Source: Balanoglossus misakiensis
Taxonomy: Eukaryota; Animalia; Hemichordata
Assembly (NCBI GenBank): GCA_040954595.2
Contig: CM082584.2
Coordinates: 6,142,110-6,206,109, forward strand
Length of the DNA stretch: 64,000 nucleotides
Direction: 5' to 3'
Part shown: piece by piece, positions 35,819 to 50,940 of the stretch
Numbering within the stretch: position 1 is the first letter of the stretch
How the letters are laid out: every line of letters starts with the position of its first letter
The notes under the pieces: model-generated
The model's database searches: none
Seen by the model: only the letters and a program-made list of their open reading frames with translations
Told to the model about the DNA's origin: nothing
Program-made: the position numbers and the translations under genes

Positions 35819-38800
35819 AACGCATTGCTTGCTATACGCACCACACTCAGATGCAATATGTAAGTGCTCTTACATCACAAAATGAAAATGTATTGCCTGA
35901 TAAGTTTAGATCCACTTCTTCCCGGCATATAGAAACTGCATTTCACCTAATATGATTGCTGTCAATGCAATAATATCTGGCAGAATCATAAGAAAAAATC
36001 GAGCTCCAATACAAAAAATCATTTAAGTTTTCGCTACGTGGTAGCTTAACATTTATTGGGAATAAAACCGGACAAATGTTTAAATCTTGAATGTGTATTT
36101 TGTCATTGCAAGTTATAAATTTAAATTGGCGTCATTTGATATATAGACGGAATAAAACCAAGGCAAATTATATTTACGCGATTCGATGCGTAAGCCCTTG
36201 TAACTTTATAGCAGCCAAATGACAGTCTAACACCACTTATATATTTAATCGAGCGTTCCATGTTAGTGGGAAATGAATGAAGAATTGAAGAAAATGAGTG
36301 AATTAATAGCAAAATTACTGTCTAGGTGGAAATTTCACGCTGACGATTCTTGCAGTGTGATAGGCTTTTAGCCCGGGGTGTCCTTATTTCTCTTTAACAA
36401 TGAGTCAATAAATCGAAATAATTTGATTTTCTGAGCAAGCGTGAAATTACAGAATAACGAGAGCATTTCCTCAGATGAAGACGAGAAATATTCTCAGAGC
36501 ATTGATGTATTTTAGTGAACAGCAGATTCTCGCCGTTTTTATATTTATGTGTACAAAGTCATGCCTTATGGACTACTCGGAACAGAGATCACTCGTGCGT
36601 GTTAAAACGTCTTGGGATTTGTGAAAGAAAGCACCGAGGCTCTTAGAAATCGAGAATCTTGCGATGAGCGTGATTTTCCTACCTAACAGTACACTGTCCC
36701 GTGGCGATTCCAGTCTCTTCCCTATACACGTAACCCCTTTTTATTTCAACGACTGAACACCCATTGACCCGACGTGCAGTTTTCTATACAGCTGCAAGAG
36801 TCGAGGAGACACGCTCGCTGTTGATAATGTGGACCGTATTCCAAGGGGCGCCTCTTTTAAGTGGAATCTCATCTGATTCGCCCTGGTTGCGCTCCTACAT
36901 GTATATCTAAGCCTGTAGATTTAGTGAAACAATATTTTTAAATACAGGTATAGTGAATGAGACGCCAGAAAAAATGTTCAGTATTGTACAAGGTATGGTG
37001 ATTTAAACATTATCTCCGATCATAGCATTGTATATCCATGATCTATGAACCATGTAGGGGTATCTTCCACACCTAATTATAATTTTGTCGGGTTTCGAGC
37101 ATAACCTGTACTCATTCGCATTTCAATGACATAGCTACCCATCCTTCGTATGTTTTAATTATATGGTAAAGCACTATAGTCACCCTGAAACTATAAAGAG
37201 AATGAACTCTTCCTTCCAAACACGAGTATTTGTTGAGAATCTGCTCATTCATGATGTATGATAAGCTTGTAATATCAAATTCTGAATATGGCCATTATCT
37301 GCAATAGGAGAAAAACACCCAAGATTGTCCATCTCCTAAAGAAAATACAACACCGTAAAATGTGTACAACGTGTAACATTTTAAAAAAACTAAAGAATGA
37401 CGCAGCCACGGGAGATTAGATATACTGGCGTAGGAACTATTCGTAGCATAGTCACGTCGTGCACGATAAAACGCAAGATAATGTAATCAGTGCAATGTTT
37501 ATAAGTAACGATTTAAATGGCATCACATCTTGACATTCGACGCACAGAAACGTTATTAAAATGTGAAGCATTTGCAATTTTTTTTTAACCAGGGAATTAA
37601 TAGAATGAAATAAGTTGAAAGTGCGACACTAAATATTTGCGATCACGGCCATCCATATTTTAAAGTTCATAGGTCAAATATACAGTATTTGCATGGCCAA
37701 GTAAACATGCATTCAGTACCTCATCATCATTCAGAGTATAGGGCACATTCACCACCCCCATAGTGTTCGTAGTGAATACATTTGTATGTGGTCGTCCGAT
37801 ATGCCTCGGGGAAGCACCAAACGCCCCCATCGCCATGCATTATGTGTTCGGCATCTATTGAGACTATTCAGTCTGGAGTAACAGGGTGTTTATTGATTAA
37901 TTCAAGATCTATATCTAGGGCTTTTCTTTCGCTGGATGAATTTGGAGTAAGCCGAGCTAGTCAGCTGGTTAAATTTTGAGTTAGAGTTTAGGTGAATACC
38001 TTGAATATGCTTTCAACAAAGACAGAATTTGAAGACAAGCGAATAAGTCGTGAAATGGAGGTAAAATGTCATCTCCTTAAACTCTTTCTATATAAGTCGC
38101 CGACTTCTTTACCAAAAATACAATTACCATAATGCGTTTTGAACCTCTGGCACTAAAAAAGTAATCAGGGTAGCGAGAATTCTTACGTCATTGCAGCAAC
38201 ACCCAGGTGTATATATCTTAGGATGAGGAAGATGATATAAAAGTGTACGCGCATATATGGATGTTGTGTCTTGAAAACTGCCACGAGGAAGCCAAGATAA
38301 TCAGGAGACACATCTCCTGCGTGGTATTCTGTCTCATTGAAATACAATGAAATTTTCACGTGTTACTGGAATTGCCCAGAGCGATCGGAGGAAGTGAAAG
38401 GAAATCCAAATCACAGATTGACTTCAAACCACGAAGCGTGAGCTGCGTTTGTGAAATAGTATATGACCCAGAGCAGTCTGTTAATAAAAGCGGTGTCAGA
38501 GATTTGACCCGGGGGTGTCGCAGGGGAACATTCATATTTTTCTCACCCGGCAGCCGTGATACACAAGTATGCATTAATCCCGTCGTTATTTCTCATGAAA
38601 ATATCATGTTTACGACGACATTTAAATTTCACCTATGAAGCAATATATTGCGTACGTACATGTAAATGCTAAAAACATATTGTCAAGCATATCATCGCTG
38701 TATATTAGACGTGGCTTAGCGATTTATCCGCGAAACGACTGTGCGGTATGTAGAAGTTAGATTCCAATATGACGTAATCGCCCAAAGAAAGATGAATCTT

Positions 38801-40407
38801 GTTCAACATAAGGGGTTCTTCTTTAGTCTTTACTGTTGATTCCAGATTAATGGATTATTGGTTGATATATATTGCGTGTATCTGGATAAAAATAGACCCT
38901 GATATAAACTTGGCAATCAGTTTCTGTATATCCAGAACATATCTGTCAAGACAGTCTCGGGCAGAGGACAACGGCTGGCCAAAATCAACGGTCGTGCCAA
39001 CTTAAAGCTCCTGTACCATTAGCTGTAACTACTCGCATGTTTTCAGAATTTTTGTTTTGTGTATCTACTGCAGTTTCTTGTTCAAATCCCTGAAACATAA
39101 GGAATTGTTCAGTATCAAGTTTATTAACACAGCCGATAGGTATATAGTCAGCACTGTTATTGTGCAAAATTTGTATTCTAGTCCGGACTAGAATTCATAT
39201 GTCAACAATAACAATAGTCGTTACACACACAGGCTATGTCGACAAGCGGGGCACTGGGTAAATTAGCATGCTGTTTGGAGTTGAACAAGAAACTGCATTT
39301 AGTACACATAACAAACTTACCTGGAAATGAAGCCAGGAGACACAGCTAATTCCCTTGAAGAATCTGATCGAGCTAGCTATAGCTAGGCTATTAAGGAGAT
39401 TTCCAACTCGTTAAACCCTGAACAGTAAACTGCGCAACCAATCAAATTGATAATCTACTGAGGCGGCAGTGATCCACTCTGGAAACGCTGAAATAATACA
39501 CCACTCGCTCGTAATTGACACAAGTTGTAAGTCAGAGGGTATAGGCGCGGGTTCGTCTAGGTACCTACAGGGAAATGCTGCTTTGATTGCTGGTGAAAGT
39601 CTCTCGCTCTATTGAATTCCTCTCCTTGCGGCTTCCTTTGTAAGTTTCATCAAAAGACGTCTATTTGGCTCTCCAGTTTTCTTTGCCTGGTTAAGCATGA
39701 GGCCCGGTTTAATCGGAAATTTACAACGATTATTTTGTATTTTTCCGTGCTTGTATAAATCCTTGCTATATTACCTCTATGTTGTTTTGTGTTTGTGACG
39801 AAGAGTGAATGTATTGAACTTTGTTTTAGAGCAACCGTCTGGCGATCAAAACATTGCGAATTGGCGGTCGTTGGAATAGCACTGGCGTTCAGGTACCGAT
39901 TCACAAGAGACAGAAAATTATGCTAATTATTCTCTGTACTTTCAGCTAGTACGCATAATTGTGTTACTGTAATTGTGTGTACGTATAGGGCTAGAAGACG
40001 CATTTTCCTTGCTTCATATGTTTGTTCTCTTGGGCAAGGTAAATCCAAATCATCGTACAATCCCCTCTTTTGTGTACACATACATGTGCATAGAATATCT
40101 CTAAATTGACGATGAAAGATTTCACATGAAAGGTATACCGATATACTCGGTAAGCACTCCCATTCAATAAACACAAAAACCTGTATCATCCTGTACGCAG
40201 AAAACCTGATGAAGTCTGATTTCTCAGACGAGAACGTTATGCTTTTATAAATAATACAGTGACAACCAGAATACAGTGGAGTGGCCTAGCTTTCACGTGT
40301 CTTAGGTGGTACATGTACATGTATATGAGGATAGCTTACAGCAAAAATACTACTTTGTCTGTGCAGCTCGCTTTTCATCCTAGAATCGTTCGCTTAACGC
40401 ATGGCGG

Positions 40408-41574
40408 CTACGTAAATATCCGCGCTAAATCCACAAATACCGGAGAATATGTCTCTTTATTTCCCAGGATCTGTTCGCAGTAATAAAGTTGTCCCTTTTT
40501 CATGAAGTCCCATATCTCGAAGAGTTCGTCTGGAGTCACCTCGTGAACGGTCAACAGATAGTAGTAATTGCACGGTCGATATTGCTGCTCGGAGACTTTG
40601 AAGCCGGCGTGGTGCCGGGGCACTACCCGCAGTTTGTCCCAGCAGACGCCGACGTACACGTCCTCCAGCGGCAACAGCGGCGTCTGCAGCGAGATCTCGT
40701 ACGTGTCTCGGACCACGTCGGCCGACATGACGTAACCGGTTCCCGAACAAAATGGCGGGTACGCGTCGCCCGGGTAGAGCTGGGCGGACATGTACCACTT
40801 GTGCGACGAGTTCCTGTTTGGAGCCTGTCGCAGATAGACATAGCCCGCGGCGAAGCGGCTCGTGTTGGCCTTCGGGAGGAAGTCGATTATTCCCGCGTAA
40901 TTCAGGTACATATCGTCGTCGGATTTGAACACATATTTCGCCGTGGGGCAGTAATACCTGACCCATTTGAAACCCATGATACTCTTGATCGTCAGATTAT
41001 AATACGAATCCATGAAGTCCCCCATAATGATATCGTCATATTCGTCCTTCTCGATCTTTACAAGTTTCCTGACTCTGCTGTCAGCGCTGTTCCCGAGCAG
41101 AAACATTGTTATCGCACGCGCGTTGCCAACGACTTGTATGCTTCCCCAGGTTTGTCGTATGGCTTCCCTGCGCTCGAAATTGTCCACCCTCGAGCTGACC
41201 AGCACGAGCAGAAACACCTGAGCTCGGCTCTTCTCGACGCTGTCACACTTATAAGGGTTGCTGAGCAAGAACTTCAAGTCCCTCGCGACGCCGTCGTGAT
41301 GCAGATACTGAGACAAGCAACGGTTGTCACGGTTGCACGCGGTGACATCCGCAGAACGGGTCAGATTTTGCAAAACCGTTTCCCGCGCGGACGAGCGATT
41401 TCCCAAGACGGCGACGACCTGCCGACCGAAGTCCGTCATCTTGCGTTTCCGTTCTCCCTCCACACTTGAGACTTCTTCGCCGGGTTTCATAAAATACAGA
41501 TACAGGCACAGGTTGAGTAGCGGTAACAATGATAGCAGTAATAGCCGTACAAAGAGTTTATCCTTCATTGCCAT
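40408..41574 (-). CDS. Beta-1,3-galactosyltransferase 1-like (glycosyltransferase family GT31), type II Golgi membrane protein, single coding exon
   Basis: 388-aa ORF with an N-terminal TM anchor and GT31 motifs FLLVLVSS, RREAIRQTWG, DSYYNLTIKS, YVFKSDDDMY (DxD), YPPFCSGTGYVMS, EDVYVG and LTVH. Exact orthology within the B3GALT/B3GNT clade cannot be resolved by eye. Confidence 0.93.
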   Translation of the reverse strand: MAMKDKLFVRLLLLSLLPLLNLCLYLYFMKPGEEVSSVEGERKRKMTDFGRQVVAVLGNRSSARETVLQNLTRSADVTACNRDNRCLSQYLHHDGVARDLKFLLSNPYKCDSVEKSRAQVFLLVLVSSRVDNFERREAIRQTWGSIQVVGNARAITMFLLGNSADSRVRKLVKIEKDEYDDIIMGDFMDSYYNLTIKSIMGFKWVRYYCPTAKYVFKSDDDMYLNYAGIIDFLPKANTSRFAAGYVYLRQAPNRNSSHKWYMSAQLYPGDAYPPFCSGTGYVMSADVVRDTYEISLQTPLLPLEDVYVGVCWDKLRVVPRHHAGFKVSEQQYRPCNYYYLLTVHEVTPDELFEIWDFMKKGQLYYCEQILGNKETYSPVFVDLARIFT

Positions 41575-44500
41575 CGTATGTTGTGTAAGTGTGTTATATG
41601 GCTACAATTCCATTCACATTAGTATACACGTAACAAGTGTAACTGCGCATGACGGATACCCACCTAGACGTTGACCCATAGACGGTTTTTTAAACAAGGT
41701 TATTCATCATTCAGATGTATTGGTGCACATTGTCCCACTTCCCGGCATGCATGTCAGAATCACATGTGAATATAACCATTTTAACCTCGTTGCCTTGGTA
41801 ACCACGGATCCGATGCTGGGTTTACGGAATATGAAATTCGAGCAGCGCTGCACGATCGCGGTTCGGTCGGCTGCAACAGCTTATGACAGAGACGGGTTGG
41901 CGAAGGGTTGCAGTTCTACATAAAAAAATCGAAAGAAAAAAAATATTGAACTAGATACACCAAAGCCAGTTGTCCGATCGAGTTGGTGGTAAACCTGAAA
42001 AATGGCGGGTAACTGAAATTTACGATGCACAGTCACACAATTCTGTTAGGACTGCAAGAGACTTGAGCCCCACCCCCACCCCCATCCCACCCCACCCCCC
42101 CAAAAAAAATCAATTGATTAAACCCAACGTATAATTATCAATTTCTTGAACACGACATCGAATCTTCTCCAATGCATCCTCTCAAGTGAGTGAAAGACAT
42201 CCTTGTCTTCAATTCTGAATGATGGCGCAGTTATATAAAACGTACGTGGTTAAGATAGCGGCCTGAACAGATCGCATGCAACAATACAGCGTTTTACACA
42301 TTAGTAGTCCTACAATATATTTTAAGATACCCGTGTACTTTGGGTTAAACAATCCAGCTTGGTACTTACCGTCGCCGGAACAACATGTAGTGAGAGTGCA
42401 CGCTCTCATACACGGGGACACTGCACAGTTCTATTCATCCATATGCGTTGACGAGCGCAACCATACACCAAAAACAGTCAACCAGCCAATGCATTGATAT
42501 GGCGGAACACGTCGTGGGGATATCAAGGGAGAACTCATTCTCGCCAATAGGTAACTCAGGTACCAAACGATGGGCAGATTTCAAGAACGTAGCATTCTGG
42601 ATTTTGACCCTTCCATCCGTTTGAATAAAAGGCGGTGTAATATATAACACACGTTATTACAGAGCACGTGGATGAGGGTAGCAATTCTAGCATAATTTAA
42701 AAACTATTTTGATTTAAAGTCAAGCAACTGATATACATGGGAGACAATGGGTACTCTCGATCCGATTACTATCATCACCATCATCATTGTTGAAAATCAC
42801 TATAAAATATGTACGAAGGAAAAACAACAAATTTGCTATATTATTGATAATATTGTGCACCCAATATGCATTGTGAATGTACAACACATCATACAATTCG
42901 ATAAAAATTACAGTACAACAAACGATAAGTCCATGTCACAAGATATTTAAATTCTGAAAGAGCTTAATTCGTCCAGCTGTAAGTGAAGTAAATCACTTAA
43001 GATGGAATGAATAAAGTCATGCCGTTACGCTAATCAGCTCCGCGGTAGTCGTTAACCCCTGCATACCTACATTCTCTGTGACTTGCCCCCAACATTCTAA
43101 AGTCTCGTCACAAATGAACATTAGCGACGTTAAGTGGCTTGCTCACGGCGAGCCCTGGGCAGTTCATCAGCCGAATTGAACGACTTGCTGAGAAAACACT
43201 CGACCCCTGCCGTCACACAATGTCAATGAGTTTCAATGTGTAATGGATTTTGTTTCTTTCGACAGATGAAGGTAATAGGGAATATGTAAGGCCATGAAAA
43301 GTTACAATGCACATTCGATGTTCATCTTATCTGACCGTGTTTGTTGTACACGAACGCGGCGAATTACTACACCAGTGGTAATATAAAGAGAAGCGATTTT
43401 GCTTTCTGAACGCATATTCAATCGAAGATTATCATTTCAGGGATTGTCGCTTTCCCCATCCATCTATGATAATAGGCGATTACTGACGATAAAGAAGACG
43501 AATGTTTCCCTTAATTACAGCTACCCATTAACTATTTTATTATTATAGTAGCACCCGTTGGCTGTTCTTTATCGATAGTTTGTTACTCAGATACAATGTA
43601 CAGCCACAGTGCCTGTAATACCCTTGCCCTTTTTAAAGAGCAAAGACATGCTTAGAATGATGCCTCGAGAGACAATACAGATTTAAGTGTAAGCACTCGC
43701 TGAAACTTGATACACGGCAGATAGGGCTTCGAACTCTTAGTGTTTATAATAATAATAACATTTCTTTATATCAGGATATAAAATAAGTATTAGGTATAAA
43801 ATCCCATAGACTTAACAGATATAAAAAAGGGAAAACACCACACATTTAAAAAAGACCCTAAAAAGTATATTAACCCCAGAGGTTAACACGTTGTACAAGT
43901 ACGAGCACCCGAGAATAATTTGTCAAACATCGTTATTAGTTTCATTAGAGTTCACATCGAACCTTCGTACTTGGAGTAACAAGCTCAGCAGCTAAAGTTA
44001 CAGAAAACACTGTAGCCATACCAGAATTGAAATAGTTTCTTGAATGCGTTTTATTGATATTCATATTATTTATATTATTTTGTAAGCAAGGCAATAAATG
44101 CGTCCCACTCAGATTATACATATCATTTTAAAATTATCCACGTTGGTGAAACCAGGTGTTATATACCATGTATGCCTATAATCCCGAGACTACGTTCGCG
44201 AAGAAGATGATCTGGCCTGCATGTAGAACAAAATGCATACATGTAACACCAAGATTGGCCAAGGTCGTAATCGATTCCTCGGTTACACCCATCGGCCTTC
44301 CGATCATTCTCGTTCTGTGTTCACCGCTAATAAAGCTTCGCGTTTTGCGGGATTTAAAACAGAAACTCCCCCGGGAGCCAGCAACTCTGATCATTGTTTA
44401 CCACCGCAACACTTAAATGCAAGTCCACTGAACTGCCGTGGAACCCTGGCGAGTGCAAGGTTCCGATTTCGATCTAAAGGGCTCGGAGACAGCTTCAAAA

Positions 44501-47500
44501 AATGACTGGTTACGGCTTGCTGCAAATATTAACATGATTAATGTAGCCGAGCATGTATATCCACATACACAGATTTCTGTAGGATTTAGAGATGTTAGTT
44601 TGCTTATTTTATGCATCATTTTTAAAAAGCCTTGGACCAGATTTAGCGAAGGCGTGGAATCGCGTACGTGTTATTAAACAAAGCTGGCATCGCCTCAAGA
44701 GATGAACAGACGTACATGACTTGTAAAGCGTGCACTGTCGAAAGCTGAGATTGGACCTTTTAGATAATTACTGACAGCAGTTTTACAATGCTGTGCAGAT
44801 ATATGCAACGCATTTAAAGGTCATTATTTTATAAAAGCATTGCCATGGCGATAAGTAAGATGAAATGAATTTACCGTAAGCCAAAACGTTGATCTGTTCT
44901 TCACAATTATGAAATGATGATATCATAGACACATGTGTAACTGTAGTCAGTATACAGTTTGTTGAAATCAAAAGGAAACAAGCTTTTTTTGTTTTATTTT
45001 GAGGATATTTTGGCCGTTTTGATTATTTAAGTACAGCATTTAACGCTTCTCATGTAGGACCCATATAGGATGAACTTGAACTATTTTAAAACTGTAATGA
45101 TATTGGAAATATTGACAATTTGCTCGCAAAACCAATCATCTGCTATTTGGTATACAGTTTTGAGCCCGCCGAAAGAGTAAACCTATGAAGGGTCTTTATC
45201 ATTCACATCTTTCTGACAGAGCTCTCTCAGGGTTTAGTACATTTTCTGTTTACGTAGGGAAGTTGACATTCAGATCGATCATCAAAACAGTGAACAAACA
45301 GAGACAGAGCAAACATTGATGAGTTTCCGTGTTGTGATCTGAAATAATGATATACACAGCAGACATCATTAATGAAAGGTTAGCTTTGCATTCATTCTTA
45401 CATCGAGTTTGGGGGTGTTTTGGCGGGCATTTCGGATCTGGACCAACCTTGTCTGTTCTCTCTCGTCTTTTCTTGATTAGGGCATGTGTACAGCTTGCCG
45501 GAGCTCGCTGTCATCAATATATGAGATTCAGGTCCTTCAATAAGAAATTGGCATAGCCAAATCGGTATCATGACATATATGGCCCTAAAGTGACAATATC
45601 AGTATGCGTTGTGCATTTTGTCAACACTCATTCACAACCACCCACGACAATTTAAATTGTGTCTGGCAGGTGAAAACGTTATTTGGTTCTCAATGATTAA
45701 TGTATTTCTTTGCAATTTAATTTGCCTGTTTTCGTTTCAGCCCGGGATTTTGCTCTGACCTTTATTGTACTTTAATCTTGCAATGGTATTTTTCAGCTGT
45801 TCATGATTGAAAAGCGTTAATTAGTGATGCTTGATCTATGATGGAACGCCAGAAGTTTATTATATTGGTTACAGGTCTGCATGGTGTTTAATAAAAGACG
45901 AACGCCGCCCTTTGGTACTTGTCAGTTTCTTGGAAAATACTGGTGATATCATTACTGGCTGCGTGCGCATTTTAGATTATACACAAATCATATGAAACGT
46001 CTCTTGTAACATTTATCACCATCAAGTAACAGATGTTTAGCGCAGAGGCGCATGAATCACCTTCCTGTACTAAAAGGACTAGTCGTGAAAGCAAAAAAAA
46101 TTAAACTTTGGAAAGTAGGGCAGACTTTAACTCGATTTGTATTTATCTCACGTGACCGTCTAGCCAATAATGCGTTGCTTTGATCGGCGGCTTCATCAAT
46201 GAAATTTTAACGCCGTGTAGTGTAGCGTGGCACCACCGGACACGTTGATACGCCGCGTAATACAACAAGGAGACGTGTAAGTACTATTGGGAAATGAAGG
46301 TATGCAAGACACGACAACTTGTGAATGTCAAATCGTCTGAATTTGGTGAATTGTAAGCTACTGTTAAGATTCCGTTGCACACATTCAGTCACAGGCTAGG
46401 CAGTATTTGTATAAGTCATTCTGAAAGTAAAACACATACGCCATCGCAAACCTTTCTCAGATACGCAAATATTTAGCAATATAGTTACATAATTTCTTAT
46501 ACACAAACACAACATCTCAGCTTGTCCCAAAACTAATTATTAAATAATTGATGTACATGTATTCTCATGACTTAAACATGAAAATTGTGTATTTTTTGTA
46601 GCCAAAAGTTGTTAATTTCAAACAAACGCGGCTACTAAAGTTGTCAATTTCCAACACAATACGCGTTTAATCTTGCCCCGGGGAGCTAAACAAGAAATCA
46701 TGATTGCTCTACAGAATCAAAATAATGAAGAAAAAAATTGCCAAATGTGGAATCGGCCTCATAAATCACGTTTAAATTTGCGTCGCCGATTTCAATACTG
46801 TATAGTTTTCCTGGAAAGCTCGCGAAAATGGGCTAAATGGCCTTATTTCATCCAATATAATCCTTCAGTGACGTTTAATTTCGTGGAATTCCTGATCAAA
46901 ATGGTCCGAGCGGCGGATATTGAAAAATGAATAATGTGTATGTAGGGAATGAGATGTGACCTAACAACTCAATTTGTATATACACGCTTAATTAATTGTG
47001 ATTTTCTTCTGAAAATGCTACAGTACTACGACCTGATCACAATCATTCAAATCCTGAAAATATATATTTGGTTCAGCATGCAGCGACTAGCGCAAATGTA
47101 GACTATGTCATTAACAATGACTTGTTCCCCACGTATACGAAGGCTTATCGTCCGATCCTCAAGGTCTTGCGCGCAACCCATACAGTTCCACTGTTTGTAT
47201 AGCTGTGCCAGTCACATGCAGTCACCTTTGTGACGTAAAGGTCCCTGATAGAAGCAAAGGGCAATACCACTCGGTTAGAATGACGTAACGACTGAATATA
47301 AGGCCTTCGGTAGTCATGGAGATGTTGTTATTTACTTAATGTCACGTTGATCATATGGCTAAGACAGTGCAGTGCTGGCAGTTTATGTCTGCGCATTGAA
47401 AAAGAACCGGAATACAGACACTTTCACACGACACGATAGAATGTTCATAAATAGGATTGAAGAATATTACGCCGTGCGACACCCTGCATGCACGACTCTG

Positions 47501-47820
47501 TAGCTTTGCTCGTTATACTGTACCTTTGAAAATGATTAACTATATGTTTACTCGTCAGATGATTTCTATGTGGCGAGACGTTCTGGACATAGTTGTGTCA
47601 ACCCCAGCGTTGTGTCCGTCAGGAAAGTATCGCCACATTCGAACTGGGCTACATAGTGTGTTTATTCACTTGTATTCGCGAACACATTCATACTTGGAAG
47701 TTCTGGCTGACAATTTAAATCTAAAAACACAAAGGAAAGGGGAACTACCCACAGCCGCCGCCTTGTGATACATCAACGACTGTTGCGTAAGACGTCCAAC
47801 GGGTCACGTCGACATTGGTG

Positions 47821-50800
47821 ATGGATCGAATTTGTTCGGCGTTTACGGCTTTGTCGTTCTTTGCTGTCTGTGTGCATGCATCATGTAAGTTGTTCTACGT
47901 CATCACACGTCCAACTACCGAAGCCAATCATCTGTTGTGTACCTAGAAAATTTGTCTTTGTCTGAAAGCCATTGTCACACTTACCTGTTGAATACGTAAC
48001 ACTATGTGTAGACTGACGTGTATGTACTTATCTTGATGGCGTGGAGGACGTCGTCTAATTCTAATTTACAGTGTCATACAACTAAGAGCTTGAAGTAACT
48101 TTTTTAATATGCCAAATTTCGATTTATTGACCTAAGTGGACAGGAGAAATGTGTAGCTCCGAATGAGGAACCAAATTCGCCAAAAAATCAGTTATCTGCA
48201 AACATGGCGGCATTACAAAGACACAATATTATTTATACGTAAATGATTAGTCTTGAACGACACATGTTATAATTATTTTGTTTTTTAAGATACATGTATG
48301 TTATAGATCTGAAATGAAATATCGCGCAAGTATTTTTTCGCATTAAAATTACTAAATATTTCCCAGCAAAATTGGATTCGGGTCAATTCGAATTCAGTTT
48401 GACCCTGGTCGTAAGCAAAATATGGCAAAAGATGACATCGGTGGCAAAATCACAAAATGATCAGAGATGTTTATTCTGTAATACTGAAATGTCAAAATTA
48501 TTGCGTATTCTATCATATCTCTCTCTCTATGCCAGTATACCTGGACCAACATTGCGGAGAGACTATAGTCAGTGATGGTGACCGTGTCTATTCTCAATAT
48601 CCAAAATATTATGACAACAATCTGGACTGTCGAGTTGTATTCCAGGGACCACTCTATTATCAAAGAGTTACTCTAGATGTAAGTAACAAATGGCAGTGAC
48701 GATTAAAGGTAGTACGCGCCTCGCCTATCAAAGTTGTGAACCAATTCTCATATTTTGCTCGAGGCTATAATAATTCTCTCTTGTACTTGACAATACACAT
48801 AAAGGCTCACCGTGCAGTATTTTCAATGAGGGAGCAAAATTGTCTAAAATTTTAAATTCAAAATGGCCGCCAAGGAAAAATATGGTGGACACCACGTTTT
48901 CTTCTTTGCTTTCATAACGACTCCACCTTAAGTGGAAACGTGCAACCTCAGTGGCTGCACTCCACTCAAAATATCTTATCCAATGACATTTCATTTATTT
49001 ATAGCCAATTTTACAACGTCAGTTGATGTACTGTGGACATTTCTGTATCATTGAATGACAAATACAAAACTTTGTCAACTTAAATATGTCGTTCTCATTC
49101 CATAGATTAACAGTTTTCCCTGCTGATGATATTTTGCAGTTCGCATGGATTGACGTCGATAACTACCTTGGTTCCTGCCCCGATTATATCGAGATTTACG
49201 ATACGGATGGCAATCAAATTAGGAAATACTGCGGTGCTGGGGAGCCGGCCGACATATTCGCCAAGGGCAGGAACATCACACTGCGCATGGTGACTGACGG
49301 CAGCCGGGTTGACAACGGATTCGGACTCGTGTTTACATCCTATCACTACAGTAGGTATTGCATGGAATGTGTGAGATGATAGCGTCTTTACAGTACGAAT
49401 CAGAATCACATGTAAGTGTAGGGTTTTATCCGCTTGGTTTTTCGAGTGCTTCAAATGCTCATTGCGAAAATAACACAATTTCACAGTGGTACTGAGCCGG
49501 CGCGCCTGTCACCATGGATATTGTGGATATGAATAACGCAGCGACTGAAACAAACGACCTTCATTATTCAGCCGGTGGCTGTAATTCCGACTTTTACAAG
49601 CACCGTGGCTTTGATCATGACATTGATAGATTTATCGGCCGCCAATCGATCCATCAGGATTCTCTTTTCGGCATTCTCAATTACTAAGGTTAATTAAGTG
49701 CCAAGTGCGAGATTTCGAAGTCTAAAAGGAGATTTCGGGATATTCGCTATAAATTAGTGTCAGGGTCGAGATGGAATTTTAAAAAGGCGTGGATGGGTAT
49801 TTGTTGGGGAGGTCGCAGTTTGTCATGCACGGACAAGAGCAACACGGAACAGAACAGAAAAGAAACATATACATTCGACGAGTTTGCTTTGGCAAAAGCG
49901 GTGTTCTCGTCAATGGTTTCTTGTGATAGGGTACACTGATTTTCAGACATCCCCAGTTATAGATAGTCAAGCTTATTCAGGGACTTCTATTACAGTATCG
50001 TTCGCACCCGGTATTGTATTATTGGCTCTTCTCCGATAAAACTGACAACTACTTTGCTGGTGACATGAAAATCGACTTAACGTGCAACCATCGCCTTCTG
50101 ATCATTCAACGCACGTCGAACTTCTGTTTACACCGGCATCATTCTTACACACGGCCCACTATAGACATATCGTAACCGATGTTCTTGTCGTGCCATGCAT
50201 GAAGGTGTTAAATTCCGCACTTCACTCTCTGAAATACATGTATTTTTTTCTGTCCATACATGAAGGTGAAAGTTCCCCCAACAACCTTTCATTTTATTTT
50301 TGCACCGCTATCCGCTTTCTCTCACCCAGATCACATCTCATCATCGTTATTCTCACTTATTAAGTTGCATAGGCAAACCGGTTCTCAAATAATATTTCAC
50401 CACTTGTGACATAGTGTTCCAGGCGCACCCTCCAAGCGATTCTTGAGTAGACTATATTCTTAACTAAACCAGGTTTATATAGGCAGATTCGAAAGTAAAT
50501 AGAAAATTTAGATGTTACAAGTTTAACCGTTTCCAGTTAGCGGATTACAAACACACCAAGAACATTGTGAAAGCAAGACGCCCTCAAACGCAGCTAAACT
50601 AAACTGTATACTGTTCTCCGTTCTCCTACAGATTACGACAAAGCTTGTAATTCAAGTTATGAATATCGCTGTAAGAATGACCGTTGTATTAACAAGTCCC
50701 TGAGATGCGATGGTCGAAATAACTGCAATGACGGATCCGACGAAAGTGGTTGTTCAAGTACGTACTCTAGAAATTCACATTTACATGTGTTCATATGTGT

Positions 50801-50889
50801 CGCCCCAACGCCCCGTCAATCTGACATGATTGCTAAGTTGCTGTCTGTCTGTCTGTCTGTCCGTCTGTCTGTCTGTCTGTCTGCCTGCC

Positions 50890-50940
<51 letters not shown>

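Noticed and set aside
40489-41469. 326-aa antisense ORF and 169-aa shifted-frame ORF over the B3GALT gene
   Set aside because: Explained by GC-rich codon usage of the real gene; no recognisable motifs.
44156-44677. Cluster of overlapping short ORFs on both strands
   Set aside because: No motif, no clear splice signals and no codon pattern supporting coding status.
48703-48931. Segment starting ttaaaggt and ending accttaa, possible TTAA-flanked MITE in a gene D intron
   Set aside because: The inverted ends are very short and imperfect and there is no second copy in the window; it needs a genome-wide repeat search.
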